Source: Ostrea edulis
Taxonomy: Eukaryota
Length of the DNA: 64,000 bases
Direction of reading: 5' to 3'
NCBI RefSeq assembly: GCF_947568905.1
Contig: NC_079173.1
Location: 41,044,001-41,108,000, forward strand
Every line of letters starts with the position of its first letter. The first letter of the stretch is position 1. Shown in pieces: positions 1 to 13,879 of the stretch. The notes under the pieces are model-generated. The model did no database searches and was not told where the DNA came from. It worked only from the letters and a program-made list of their open reading frames with translations. The translations under genes and the position numbers were made by a program.

Positions 1-229
1 AAAACTTGTTTGCATTTGATAATGTTCTCGATTTGTTTACGTCATCATGCCAATGATTCAAAAAGTCTTTCAGATCCTTATACAACACAACATCAATCTT
101 TTGAAATTCAATCATTGATCATCTCATGACTCATTATAGTGCATGTACTATCGTATGCGTTATTGATACCGGTCTACGTTATGATGTGTGACACTTTAGT
201 TTAGATGAGACATTAATTCTCCATTCGAA

Positions 230-1060
230 AACCGTAATTATACTCTAGCTACTCTTTCAACAGATGAAATTCTTCAAAACCATGCTTTCGTTTTAGACAC
301 ATTTAGTATCCCAGTCAATGGGGTAGATTATACGAATTGCCACATGTATACTGGATTCCTAAACTTGACGATACCCTTACAAACACATATTCATTGCTGA
401 AGCCAGTAAGTCTTCTATCAAGCGCATTTCTTTGATCCTCACGAAAACATGGCAACTTTGAAGGAGATACTTCAAGCATACTCCTTGTAGGATTTATGAG
501 GCTGATTGTTGCCTTTCATACATTGCCACAACATATGCCAGAAAATGATTCGTCGATTGTTAAACAACTTTTAAAACTTTTAGGAAATTTTAAATATCTA
601 AACGTTTCCCAGATCAACAACATCGAAACGTATATATTTCAACACGTTATACAACCATTCCTCACGATAAATGAAAGACTAGACATTTTGACATCATAAG
701 CAGTTGCTTCTTTAATATAAAAGGAACAGGAAATATTCTTATCTAGTGTTCAATCCTCCAAAAACCATTTCGCTAAACACCATTTTGATTACATACACAG
801 TAACTTTAAAGTTAAAGTTTAAACAAAAATGCTCGAGTTCCTCTATGACAACGTCTTGATCAGATCGTTCGACAGTCTGTTAGAATTCCCATTGGCATGG
901 ATTATACCCCTTTGTTAAAGTTCCTCTATATATTTCAACACATTATACAACCATTCATCCTGAATGGTAATTCAGACTTTGCGCATCAATCAGCCATTGC
1001 GGGTTAACATGACGCTTCGTCGAAATAAAAGAAGACTAAACTAATTCCTCTTCACTTTAC
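230..1060 (+). mobile_element. Penelope-like retroelement RT fragment (degenerate)
   Basis: Broken translation TLSTDEILQNH..LDTF.IPVNG..YWIPKL..PYK and MLEFL.DN..GIP matches PLE RT motifs (xxPKxHK, GxPMG). Confidence 0.7.
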
Positions 1061-1645
1061 TCAATATTTTGAAATTTGCACACGACTGGACTTTTCGTAG
1101 TTCAAATTCATAAAAAGTTTATAGGTAAAATACAAACTGACCACCACACATTAGAAAATAATTTTATTTTGGGATTAAAGGTAAATCAACTTTTACCAAC
1201 GATTTTGAATTGAAATCAGCAGACTATGTAAAAATGTATTTTTTATTTTGAAACAGAAATAGAGAAATAAGTATAATGGCACTGTTCATGAAAAGCAACT
1301 TGTACAGTGTTTTGTTTTGAATTGAGCAATTTGGGGATTTTGAAGCAAAATGTTGAATTATAAGATTTAATTAAGTAGTATTTGTTCTAGACTAGTATGA
1401 CTTTGGTATATTTAAGTGAACGTGTAGGGAAATTCGAATGGAAATAATCGCATATGTGTTAATATTTAAGTGATTTTTTCGTCTTCAAATTTTAAAATAG
1501 GCACGGAATGATCGAAACACTAGGAGTTGCAAACATAACAGTGTGTATTTACTAGTCAACGAGGGAGATGACAAGGATCCCACCCTATAGGTCTCCGTCT
1601 CGGGTGACATTGGCTTCCTTGCTACCTCTTTCTAAATGTTGACAG

Positions 1646-1786
1646 GTGTCTTTGAAGTATTTTCATGTATTTGTACCGAATTGGTACAATCACGTGTGCA
1701 ATCAATCATCGTTATAAGTCACCCTGTCCGTTGAAACAATGCGGACATTGCCTTATCGAATTCCAACAGAAAAGAATTCATTTTTA
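1646..1786 (+). pseudogene. Degenerate LRR N-cap-like exon
   Basis: ttgacag acceptor; fragments SCICTELVQ..V(C) and RTLPYRIPTEKNSF in different frames resemble an LRR-NT cap; frameshifted. Confidence 0.3.
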
Positions 1787-2837
1787 AGATAACAATAATT
1801 GTTATTAACGATGTTCAGATTTTGATTATCAATCTTTATTTGTAGTTAAATTGTATTAAACAGTGTTGATCTATTTTAAAAGTATCTAAATACAGTATGC
1901 AAATGATAAAAAAATCAAACGGTTGTGTGCACTTTATTCATTGTAATGTACATTTATATAATTAACAATCATTGATTTAAAGTTTACTAGAAATATATGT
2001 AATGTATGTACAAACTGAATTCCACTTTCAAAAACACATCTTCACTAAGTAATCGATAACAATCATAACACGTTTACTGAAGGGTGATAATGTCATTGAA
2101 GTCGGATTTGATGTGACCTAACGCGATTTTTGTTCTTTAAATTAAAGATGTTGCTTTTTATTTATCATATTAGATGCTTGTAAATATCCCCATGTGGAAT
2201 CCAAGACACATACTACTGCATGTAATAGTATACGTTCATCCACGTTACTGCTATTTTCAAATATTCATAATTTCAATGAAATAAAGATTTATTTTGGCAA
2301 ACAATTCCCCCGTTTCCTCAATGTCTATTAATATTAAATAAAAAGTACCGACAGTGTGTGAGATGCAGCTTTTGAAGTCACACAATACCGCACGTTCCCA
2401 TCTTGTTGCATCGCGTTCCGTTCTCGAAAAGAACCGCTCCTTTTTCATTAAAGATTGTTCTGTTCACAGCGTTCTGCGTTCGTTTTAAAAACAAAACCGT
2501 TTGTTCCTAAAACCGTCCAACGTTGGTTCACCGTTCCATAGGTGTAGTTATATGTTTTGCGGACTGTATATTTAGCAACTTAGATACAATTATTTTCCTG
2601 GAGAGATTAGAAGATTTGAAAAAGTAATCTAGAATCGATTATATATACCTTTATAAGTGTTTAAAATAGAAATTATTTGTTTTAAAAACCTTTCAGTCAC
2701 CTTAGGTTTAACAAATGCTGATATATAGAATACATCTTCGTGGAATTACAAGTTTAACCGAATTTGATGCGTTTCCTGATTTGTATTTGATAGATTACCA
2801 GCTTCTGAATTGTTTTTGTTTTTGTTAATGCTTTCAG

Positions 2838-2919
2838 CAGTAGAGTTAAATTTGGATTACAAACTACTGGAAACAACTTTCGAAGGAGCGTGCGTTTATC
2901 AAGTAGAGCCTGACGACAT
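2838..2919 (+). CDS. Divergent LRR exon (VELNLDYKLLETTFEGACVYQVEPDD)
   Basis: ttcag acceptor, gtatta donor, open frame, LxLxxN(K)xL spacing; the conserved Asn is replaced by Lys. Confidence 0.45.
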
Positions 2920-3779
2920 GTATTATATCAAAATGAGTACTAATTCTCATATTAGGTGATAGGGAACTTTCCCTAAAGAACACACTTCATTGAAGAACAT
3001 ACTTTCCAAATAGCAAGTAAAGTTACATGTGACTTACAACCTACTACAAACAAATTTATAAAAACAGTGTGCATATCACGTAGAGACTAGAAATATCCAT
3101 TTTGTCAAAATCACCATTTATTCTTAGACTAGCTGATATACCATCTTTCCTAAAAGCACAAAATACATTGAAGAAAATAGTACAAACATAATCTATAATT
3201 GAGTACATAGAATAATTCTATACTTTGATATAAAATCCGTTAAATTTAGGATCGGTAGAGCCAGTTCAATATTGAGTCACATTTAAAAGCAAATCTGCAT
3301 ACAAAGTGTTGTTCCCTATACATCCCTTTCGTTTGAAATTATACTTTGAAAACGTGTTTTGATTTAGAACCACAGATCTGCAAACCAAATTGAGCATGCG
3401 GTGTAATGGAATATTGCTAACTGGATGGTGATGTTGGATAATCTGAAATAATAATTTATCATGGAGGTCATATGGTAGTTTGTCATCATCATCTCTGTAT
3501 AATACAGGAAATAAAACATCTAAATATGAAACAAAGTGTGGAGAACATGAGCTTCTTAATTTGGAGATAACTGGAGCACGGTATATCTAATCGACATATC
3601 AATGAACATGATTATTGTTCGATAATAGATAAACCACCATTGATCTACCTAAATGTCCTGTTTAAAGTCATATTTTTTTCAAACACGTTGCTCTCGTGTA
3701 TTGAATCAATTTAGAAAATGATATTTTATCATTATGGCGATGATCAATTAAGGTTAATGAGGACATCTTTACGATTCAA

Positions 3780-3851
3780 AGACCTCACACACAATAAGAT
3801 AACAACGGTACAAAATGACGCATTTGATATGTTGGCGAATTAAGAGCTCCT
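3780..3851 (+). pseudogene. Dead 72-nt LRR exon (DLTHNKITTVQNDAFDMLAN*ELL)
   Basis: Textbook LRR with in-frame TAA at 3841-3843; acceptor ttcaa instead of ttcag and donor at instead of gt. Confidence 0.8.
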
Positions 3852-5299
3852 ATATTTCTGAATATATGTACCAGTTATTTGCAATAAAACTAAATAATTT
3901 GTATATACTGAGAGTAAGCAAGATTATGAAAATTTGACACTGTACATTACATGGAAAAAACAATATTGTGTGTATTCTAATGCAGTTTTCCCTCTTTTTT
4001 TAATTAATGAAATGACTATAGTTGTGTATACTGTCATCAACTATGTTTATATAAGTAATGTACTGCAGGTCATTGAGACTATATCGCATTGTTCTGAAAT
4101 AATTATGCAATTTACATTTCACATGTATGATACATACATTGCAAATCACACCTGCATTTCAACCGCTTACTGTGAATACCTTAAAATATGTTTGATACAT
4201 GTATTTGTGAAAACGTGTGTTACATATTCCCACAGGTATGGAATGTATCATTTTATGAATATCTTTACTTTACTTATGCTGTTCATTCGTTCAACATATA
4301 CATTTTTCAGCCATACGATATATACATTATTCACCAAAGTTTATTACATTTGTTATTTTTAAGTACATTTATTTAAACACTCTCCATTAGAAGACATAAC
4401 ATCATACAGCCTTAAACTATCTAATTACACAGGTATGTTTATTTTTTATCTATAAGACAATATTCGTTGTCATGCATCTCCCACTTCAATATAACACATT
4501 CAATTAGCAATAAAAGGCGGGGCATAATCTTCCATTTTTCTCTTATATGTGGATACTTCGTTTTTTAATGTGTTACTGAAAGTATACTTTAAAGGCTAAT
4601 TAACTTCAACGTTTCCATCGCCATATTTACGGTAGTACCTATATTCTCACCTAAATACGGCGTTTATGTATCTCAAGTGATCCACTGCGCAAGAGTGTGT
4701 TCTGAAAATGATAAATTTTTAACCAAGATATTCTTGAAATATATCAGTTGATAGCACAGGGGTTTCAACAGTCTCGTTTAATTAAAAGTCAGTATTTCGT
4801 AAATTATATCATCCATATAATGATTATATTTGAAAATACAGCCTGTCATAGGGTGGATGTTTTAAAAAGTATACCATACCAATTGCTCGTCATTTTTCTT
4901 CTCAATAGAATAATATGGCGGCATGCTTGTCATTTCAATGTTATTGCACTCATGATGAAGTAGTAGAAACGTTTTTGTCATCGCAGTCTTTTAAAATTCT
5001 AGAAATCGCAACATGTCATTAAATACATGCAGTGTTAGAACGTTTTCACAAACTAAACTTTAAATATGAGAAAATAATGGGACGAAATGACTTATGAAAC
5101 CTGAAATCTGTGTGCAAGAATGTATTCTACTTGTAAATATCCATCAGTGAATACACAAGATCAATTTCTTTAGTTGCCCATTTAGCCCAGCTATACCTGG
5201 TGTAACAGTTTCTAGCTAGGTATTTTATGATACAGAAAACTCACATCAATATCAATATAAATTGCTCATAGTACTCACCTTTGAGAACTATTTCAGAAG

Positions 5300-6022
5300 T
5301 AGTGTAAATCAAACGTGGGTTTTAAAATGTTTTGAAGAACTTTTATTAAATTGGAAATCATCAAACACTTCCTAAATCAACAGAATGAAAACGTACGACT
5401 TTTCAACACCTTACGTGCATATTACTCACGATAAAAAAGACTAGTCATTTTGAAAGTATAAACAGCTGTTTATTCAATAGATATGGAAGATGGAGATGTC
5501 CATATCTTTTGAAAAGACATTAAGAGATCACTATGTGAAACAGCATTCTAATGCTTGCTAGAACTACTCTAAAGTTGTTGCTGAAAGACCTGCTTGAGTT
5601 TCGCCTTGGCATGGTGGTGTTTAGAGATCAAGTTTTACAATAATCTTTAGGAATTTCCATTGGCACAAATGACACTTATTTATTAGTAGATATGTTTACG
5701 AGGCTGAATTTGTTAAAAAACATTCATACCAATAAAAAACATTTCTGTGTAGTGGCCTTCACTCAACATTTATATCTATGCACAGCGTTTTATCTATAAG
5801 CAATGTTCATTAGCATGCATGTGCTGATTTGATATACCCTAGTGAACTTGAAATAAAAAATAAAACGGATCGTATCATATTTTCGTCATATTTGGCAATT
5901 TTCTTGAACATAAATTTTAGCGACAAGCTGGCAATGCAACTTTGTGACAAATGGTGTGGTTTCAGATTATCGATCCTCAACTTACCATATTTATGCAGTG
6001 ACATTCCATTATCACTTACATG

Positions 6023-6086
<64 letters not shown>

Positions 6087-6210
6087 CTCAACCGATTCAG
6101 TTCTGTGTATGATTATTTATTTTTAAATCGTTACAAGCTACTGGCAAACAAGTTGTTGTTACAGGGGTTTTAACAGCCATCTTTGATGTCGCCATTACGT
6201 ATTTTGTTTG
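5300..6210 (+). mobile_element. Penelope-like RT fragment with internal (TA)n expansion
   Basis: IYPSELEIK..SYLAI..KL..QLCDK..F..SILNLPYLCSDIPLS..KLLANKLLLQGF, i.e. PLE RT palm/thumb; same family as the other copies. Confidence 0.8.
6024..6084. repeat. (TA)n microsatellite, about 30 units
   Basis: Seen directly. Confidence 0.98.
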
Positions 6211-6552
6211 ATCCTGATGTTAAATGTCATGTTTATTTAAACTGTCCCGTTATTTCATTAGATGATTCAATTATAATGCAACAACAAAAATGTTCTACCG
6301 AATACCAAAGCTATCTTCTTGTGTAATTTTCTTTTATATTATCGAGAGGTTTCTGCAGTATTTGTAATCTACATATTGACTTGATGATTAGTGTTGATAG
6401 TAAATGAATCACCCTTAATGTCTCTGAACGTGGTGTTTAAAGTTACATTTTGTGCAAACAATGTGGTCTTGCATATTGAATCAACTTGCAAAATAACTGT
6501 ACCATTGTAATATTAATCAACTAAGGTTAATCAGGAGATTCTTATCTTTCAG

Positions 6553-6624
6553 AGACCTGAGCGACAATAAACTAACAACATTACAGACTGGCACATTTGT
6601 TCAACTGGTGAATTTACGGCTACT
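6553..6624 (+). CDS. Intact 72-nt LRR exon (DLSDNKLTTLQTGTFVQLVNLRLL)
   Basis: tttcag acceptor, gtaagt donor, exactly 72 nt, phase 2-2, canonical extracellular LRR. Confidence 0.9.
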
Positions 6625-6816
6625 GTAAGTACCTTTATATGGATTCACATAGTTGCACTACAACTGAATAACACGTTTGTATAGCATGTAATATTTTCAC
6701 TGAAATTGAACGACTTTTTAACGTCCCTTCAGTGTAGGACAGGAATATATGTTTCATTCGCTACAATATTTATTTCATATTCTTTCAACCAACCATTATT
6801 TATCTCAACATAAAAC

Positions 6817-7131
6817 GAAAAGGTTAGGATAAGGAACAGTGATCTTAAAACTCATCAATGATTTAAAAGAAATGCAGAATAGGGCATAATATGACCCCTG
6901 GGTACATCAGAGGTCGGATCAGATGCCTAGGGGAAGTAATATTTAAAGTTTTCTTGAAAATATAGGGTTACTGAGGGTATGACAGGTCGACAGGAGATGT
7001 TTACTCCTCCTCGACACCTGATCCCATCTCTGGTGTGTACAGGGGTCGGTGTTTACCCAACACTCTGTTTTATATTGCTCATAAGATTTATGAGATTGAT
7101 CATTGTCGTTATCTTCACCGTTCATCGACAT
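6817..7131. mobile_element. Inverted pair of PLE 3' tails
   Basis: 6817-6940 matches the reverse complement of the family tail; 6960-7131 matches it on the + strand. Confidence 0.75.
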
Positions 7132-7307
7132 ATGAATGAAAATGATAACGGTTGAATAAAGGGTAAATTATGTATTGAATGTCAAAATTAAAGCCACATT
7201 TTGTGCAAGCACTATGTTCTCACGTGTTGAATCAACTAACACTTCAGTACATTACATTATTGCAGTGATTATCAGTTCAGGTTAGCTAGGAAATAATCAT
7301 GATTGAG

Positions 7308-7382
7308 AGACACGATGTATATGTATAATAACATGACGTTACAAAATGAAATCTTTGATCGGTTGACAAATAGACAAGGCCT
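7308..7382 (+). pseudogene. Degenerate LRR exon (..YNNMTLQNEIFDRLTNRQGL)
   Basis: LRR-like translation, donor mutated to at, upstream intron homologous to that of the 3780 and 6553 exons. Confidence 0.6.
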
Positions 7383-8149
7383 ATAAATATTGATATTAAT
7401 ATCTTCTTTTTTTTACAACAGAGCTGACTAATTTGTACATATTGATAGTAATCAAGAATGTGTAAATTTTAAAACATTATTTTCTGTTTCAAACAACAGT
7501 GTAAATCGCAATGTAAATGGCATGAAATATATACCATATCCCCGTACCTAGATACACGATTTCCTTAAAATTATGAAATGACAACATGTTCACATCATCT
7601 TGTAATTAATGTTATTAGAAATAATATGTTGTAAGTCATTGATTATAAATTTGAAATCGTGAAATGACATTTTTCTTGAATATATATTCAACATGCATTT
7701 CATATACCGAAGACATGTTTTGCAAACCAAACCTGTATTTCTACCGCTTACTATACATACTGTAAAAAATAGTACGACGAATATACTTGTGAGAACATAT
7801 GTTACATAGTCACATATACATGTCCTACACAATTTTATGGATTTAAAGTGCGTTATTCATTTGCCCATTCATCCCTTTCATCTATGTTAGCCAAAACTCA
7901 CTACACACATATCCTGCAAGTTGGTTTTCTAATTCAAATGAATCGTTTGAACTTAATCGCATGATTAGGTGGAATACAAACCGTAATATAATTTGTGTAA
8001 CAATAAAGATTCAAAGAATATGAGAACGGGTATTGGAAATTGAAATGTCAAATCAAGGATAATCTGTGTACATATGTACATTAGAATACATGTACTAGTC
8101 CCAAAGCAGAGTCGAACACTCATTGCTTAATCAAGGTATATAGGTATCA

Positions 8150-9390
8150 TGGCGGTTGTGACCGATCAACAGGTGATGTTTACCCCTCCTAGACACCAGA
8201 CCCCCCTAATGTTTCCAGGTAACCACACTCTAAATTAAGCATTTTTATTTTATTTCTGGTACCATTATCTTTTTTCTCACTTTATCCTCTAATCACATAG
8301 TAAGAGTCCTAAAACGAAAAAGATAAAGAATGAAATTATTGATCAATCATATACTCCTGTAAATTATTCAAAAGCGAGGGCAGGGCAAACAATTTCCCCT
8401 GTAAACTCCAAAGGTGAGAAAGTCTTCTTAGAAGGTGTAAGTATCACCTTTTGACTAGCAATTTCTGCCTTCATGTGAAATAATTTCTTCCGATATGTTC
8501 ATGAAAGACTTGAAGTTAACGAACATTCAAATGTGGGGTCAGGTGCCTAAAAGAAATAAACATTCCCTGTTAAAAGGCTACCATCGCTATAATCCCACTA
8601 TGGTGATCCGATAAGTGGAGTAACCCTTGTCAAATCAGTATATAAAGAGCAGCTGCATAATTGGCATGATACAGGTCAAAAAACACTCGACCTAATGATA
8701 TAGCATTTCAAAATCATTATTAATCCTTCACTCATCAATCATTTGAATGCTATAATTCATCCAAGGGAGGTTATTCCATCTTGATGTGTGTCATGTAAAG
8801 ACAATTGTATTTGAATGTGAATTATGGTGTTTCTGGTGGTCCGTGTTTTCCCCCTCTCAGTTCTCCACTCGTTACACCATTGATGGATTATCTCTTGAAA
8901 ATCCATGATACTATCCTTATGGAGATTAGAATCATATACCGTCATTGGATAGTGTGTTGTCATATTATGTATCAATGGGAGGTAAAGATTACCAACAGTG
9001 ATCAATCTCATAAATCCTAAAAGGGATAAAAAATAAAGAGTTGCACATCAGATATTCCATTCGCCTGAAGAAAGGATTCCGCCTGATATTTCATAATATT
9101 AATTTTATCAAGGCATCTAGAAGAGATGATATAGAAAATATTTGAAGTAATGATTATCTCCATAGCAATTCAAATGATATTTATCTGAAGACATCATTGA
9201 TCGAAAAAGAAACATGATCTGCAGATCTGCTTCGACATTGTACCTAATACGGACCCCTGACTCAATAACAGCATTTCCCCAGATTATTCACGATGGTTGC
9301 AAACATGAAGTTAACGAACAGTGATCAATATCATAATTCCTATAAAGAATACTAAATTAAGCGTAGGACAAACACGAAACCCTCTACACG
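8150..9390. mobile_element. Cluster of degenerate PLE tail fragments (one +, about four -)
   Basis: Recurrent aacgaacagtgatcaatctcata / ggatcaggtgccta motifs near 8150, 8320, 8510, 8980 and 9300. Confidence 0.6.
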
Positions 9391-9499
9391 TGAATGCATC
9401 TTCTGCTTTATTCTTCTGTCATTGCATATCCTATGTAACGCATATTCCTTGGATCTTGAATTGACATACAATAAAAACACTTCCAAACGACAGTGGAGA

Positions 9500-9945
9500 A
9501 CCGTATGCAAGATTCCATTATCATCTGCATATGGTTTTTATATTTCTCAACTGATTCCATTCGCACAACCTTGTTCTGTGGATTGTCAGTTTTTAAATCA
9601 ATGCAGGTTATTGATAAACAAGTCAATAATACAGTAGTTTAAGCAGTCTCGTTTAAAGTCAGCATTTTGCATATTTTATTGTCGTTACAACGATCTAGTT
9701 TGTCAATACAACATTTACTTGGCTCAAATTCTTGGCACATTGATTTTGACTACCGAAAACTCCGTTTACCTGATCATCATATAGGGTACATGGTGGGTGT
9801 GACCGGTTCACAGGAGATATTTACTCCCCCTAGGCTCCTGATCCCACCTCTGGTGTATGCAGTGGTCCGTGTTTACCCAACTCTCTAATTTGTATTACAT
9901 ATAGGAGTTATGGGATTGATTACTAATGTTATAATCACCTTCCTT
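9500..9945 (+). mobile_element. PLE 3' fragment (RT thumb plus tail)
   Basis: IPLSSAYGFYISQLIPFAQPCS..QFLNQCRLL followed by the family tail; ends about 45 bp before the LRR-CT exon. Confidence 0.85.
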
Positions 9946-9991
9946 TATAACTCTCTCGTTTATCAATGCATGACTTCGGATTTTTTTTCAG

Positions 9992-10176
9992 TGATGTAAG
10001 TGGAAACCCCCTCCATTGTGATTGCAATGTAGTCGCCTTTATCCGCTTTATGAAAACAAAGCAACTGCAGTTACACCCCAACTCGTGGAGGATGGAACCT
10101 TCCTGTCAAAACCCTCTTAATTTAAAAGAAACGTTGCTGAAGGACATTTCACTTCAAGAAGTAGTTTGTGATTCAG
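9992..10176 (+). CDS. LRR C-terminal cap exon (DVSGNPLHCDCNVVAF...PSCQNPLNLKETLLKDISLQEVVCDS)
   Basis: NPxxCDC...C...C LRR-CT signature; ttttcag acceptor and gtaaaa donor; phase 2 start joins the 6553-6624 exon in frame. Confidence 0.9.
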
Positions 10177-10679
10177 GTAAAACATAATTTACTATTAGGG
10201 ATACATACAATGGTGTGGTCTCAACAGCCGGTATACTACCTGTTATATGTATCCATGTAATATAGATAATATTTTAACTGATGTGTTATAAACCAACTGT
10301 ATCAGAATAAAATACATCTACATAGACCAATAGTGACCAGAAGCAAATCAACAAATCTCGCAAAAATTCGTCTCAAGTAGCTTCATAGTACATTCAGCAT
10401 ATACTGCAGGGTATAAAAGGACTTGACCTTTTTAAAATACATTTATATGGATACTACGACCAATTTCATTGTAGTAAACGACTGCATCACCGGTATCTTT
10501 TTTTTTCTGTAGACATGAGTAGGACTATATAAAAATATCACTATAATTGCCTTTTCAATCGATACAGTAATAGTAGTATAAACAATTTATTTTTCAAAAA
10601 AGTATAGAATTTACAAAACGCATAAAAAAGGAAATTTAGTATGCAAAATAATTTATCAATGCAAATTTTGAACTCGGCA

Positions 10680-10945
10680 TGACACTAGCTCGGGGTTAGA
10701 GGGTTTGCATCATAACGTTGTGAGTTTGAGCCCTACTCGTTCCATGGTTGTATCAAAATATAAGTTGTGATTGCCACTAACCCAAAGGCGTAGACTTTTG
10801 AAGTGAGAACACGAGTCTTTCCGATATGACCTAAAATACAGAGGTCCGGTGTAGCAGAGATTGCTGGAAAGCTTTAAAAACCTTGATACGGCCGTCAGCG
10901 TTAAACATAGGTTTAAATGTAACAGTTCACATACAGCTGGTGATA
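10680..10945 (+). mobile_element. Degenerate tRNA-headed SINE with Deu-like 3' part
   Basis: A/B-box-like head (tagctcggggttagag...gtgagtttgagccc); 3' part resembles the other SINE bodies in the window. Confidence 0.45.
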
Positions 10946-13171
10946 TCTGAATATGACTGATTTTATTTTATTCCTTTATTTCAAGAAGTTGACTTGTGGC
11001 CTGTTTTACAAAAGAACTTAGTACAAAATCTCAAGTCTTAAATTATATGACACAGTTATTAGTTTGAATGAAAGAATTAAAACATGTCTGAAAGTTAATG
11101 TCCAACATTATTTTGTTCACTATTTTACATTTGAATAATTTATCTTACAATAAACCGGAGAATTCTAAGATGTAAAATTTGTCGTAAGTCCAAAGTTCTT
11201 TCGTAAAATGCAACCCTGATTATTGCACACATTTATTCTTCTTCAGTGTCCTGGAGTTATATACACGAATACTAATTTAAAACAAACTCTCAAAAATATA
11301 AACACTAGAGCATGTAACAAAATTGTAATTTAATATGAATAGCAAACAACCACAACATCCAATATTCCAGTTTACAGTCTGCAATTGAAATACATCAATG
11401 TATAAAATTCATCTGCGAAAAGACGGACAAAATGGTTGAATAGTGGAACAGCAGTTGATGATGTCTTTTTTTAAATTCTCGACGGAACGTAAAACAATCA
11501 ACCAACCAACCGAGTCAAGCGATTTCACAATCAAAGTTCCGTAAACAATACACACTAAATTTGCACTGAATTTCGCTTGATTCCGAAAAATCCACCATCA
11601 TCACCACCGATAGCATCGTTTGCTAATCTATTAAAAACGATTCTTGTCCATTAACAAGTGACCTATGGAAATGTGTTTCTAACAGAGACCTAATATTTTA
11701 TGAAGATAAAAATGTGTTTCAAAGGTGTCTCTTTGATCTTCAACAAACATTTCATCAAGCCATACTGTTAGGGTTGTAATGATGCATAGGTCCCATGTGA
11801 AATGTTTGTACTGTTGACCTGTAAGCTAAGAATTAGAGCCCTCATTGTATTACATGTGAGCCTTAATGCTCAAATTCAACAGAGGATAAAATCTGTTACA
11901 GTTAGTAGGTTAACGTTTGAGCACCATAGACAGATCTAATTCACTGACCATCCTTGCAACAAAATAATGATGCTTACAAACTTGAATACCGATTTTCATT
12001 TCAAAACCTCCGTGCACTTTACAAATAATGCCCATTTCAAGGTATGAACAACGATTGCACGCTATATTACATTGTTGAGAGTTTCTGAGGTAAAAATGTT
12101 GTCAGGGAGCCACGGTATGTACAAACGAATGAATTAAACCCCATAGCATAATCGATTTTATTACAAACCCTAAAATGTTCACAATCCACACATGATACTG
12201 CTTCTATTAATATCCTTCTTTATGAAAGATTCATCTCCTTATTTCAATAAACACATTTTTGTATGTGTGCAAACTGACTTTTTTCCCCATGTGTACCATC
12301 ACAATAAATAAAGGCATCGTAATCAATGTTCAGTGCAATCGGAACATCACTCGACATTTTGTCGGTCAAGTCGAGAAATTTTACCCCGGCTTGATGGAAG
12401 AGTCTGAACCATGTTCTGATTAGCTGTGGCGGAGACGTAGACCTATACATGCATAAGCTGACCTTTCCCCATAGCACCTCGCTTGTATATTTTCTGAGTC
12501 TCAGGGTCTACACAATAATAATCATCTCAAGTAATTAAAATAGTAAAATAATATTGGTATTTTTCTTTGTTATTTCTATGAATCACGCTGTGAATACGGT
12601 ACAATACTACAGAAAAAATATTCTACTATATTTTTATCTGACTCAATACACTGAGATAAGTACATCTCAATATGTGTACAATTCCTGTGTTGTTGGAAAT
12701 ACAAACGGAGTTTATCATTATACATTGTGAAAATTTTCAGTAAACAAATTAAAGATAGAATTTTTGCATGTAAACTTACAGGAGTCTGCACACGTTTCCT
12801 GCATATATTGGCATATTTGGTGCACATGTTGCGACCACTTGCAATCCTGTAAAACAAAAATTAACTCTTCATAGCATCGGCTAATATGCCTAAGTTGTCT
12901 TTGTATCAAACTACCATTTGTCGATATCTTTATTGTACTTTTCAGCATATACACAGTTTGCTACAGCATTCCGTGTGTTTCCATACCCTGTATATTACTA
13001 TCGGAGATGTGTGTTGCTTGAAACGATCGAAAATTCAGTCAAATGTGGAATGTATTTCTGGGATTTTATATAAAATATAAGGTAGAAAGACTGAGTAAAA
13101 TATTGTGGAATTCCTCTTTAGTTTTGCTAATAGCCAAAAGAGGTCTCAGAAAACACCATAATGTGTACCAG

Positions 13172-13422
13172 ACATCGTGTCACGCTTGATATGCGTGGAT
13201 GAATACAGTACAACCCAGAACATTCAACGGCTCCACAGAAGAAAAAAAATACTTGAAAAACTATGATGTCGCCATAACCTTAAAATATGAGCATTATCTA
13301 AAACTACATGATATTGAAACCTCCTCTTACGAAAGTTTGATATTTATTTATACGACAAAAATCGTTTTTGAGGCCCCTGAAGAGTGTTTGAATAGTGACA
13401 GATGTGTAACAATTATCGCTAG
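13172..13422 (+). pseudogene. Possible frameshifted exon, weakly SEA-domain-like (YDVAITLKYEHYLKLHDIETSSYESL)
   Basis: Coding-like stretch between the LRR-CT and Ig exons; frame change near an A-run; domain call is tentative. Confidence 0.3.
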
Positions 13423-13879
13423 GTGCCCTACATAACTTGAGTTCTGTTACGTATCAATGAGGGTTACATGCAATTTTCTTTTATCCAAAAACCTTTTCTG
13501 ACCGGATATGACCTGCACTGATGTTCTAGCCAAGTGTAGTTGATTAAAACTCTTCGGCGTGTACGCGATACTACATATCGGTAATACACATCGCATGGTT
13601 GTATCGTATTGTTAAGAAAGCCAACAGGAATAAAAAAAATACCAAGGGGAAAAGGAATGCAGGATTTCAAAATAAAATTAACAAGGACTTGGTTAGTATT
13701 ATCCGAATGAACGTTAACAAATGTAAAAATAGTTCTGATCTATATTTCTTTGTTCCAACCTCACGATGGGGTTTTATATTTTCATCTATTATGACGTCAT
13801 GCCAGTATTCATGTCACGTAGTCCATAGATTAGTCTGCCATTTCGAGTCTATGGAATGTGAATCATTATGTGATTTGAT

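Noticed and set aside
3934-4362. 142-aa ORF, and similar ORFs at 33715-34224 and 53117-53545
   Set aside because: AT-rich composition bias (I/Y/F/H-rich), non-ATG or weak starts, no domain signal; they overlap intronic or repeat DNA.
5829-6173. ORFs with YIYIYI or RERERE runs (also 40180-40365 and the end of 41537)
   Set aside because: These are translations of microsatellites.
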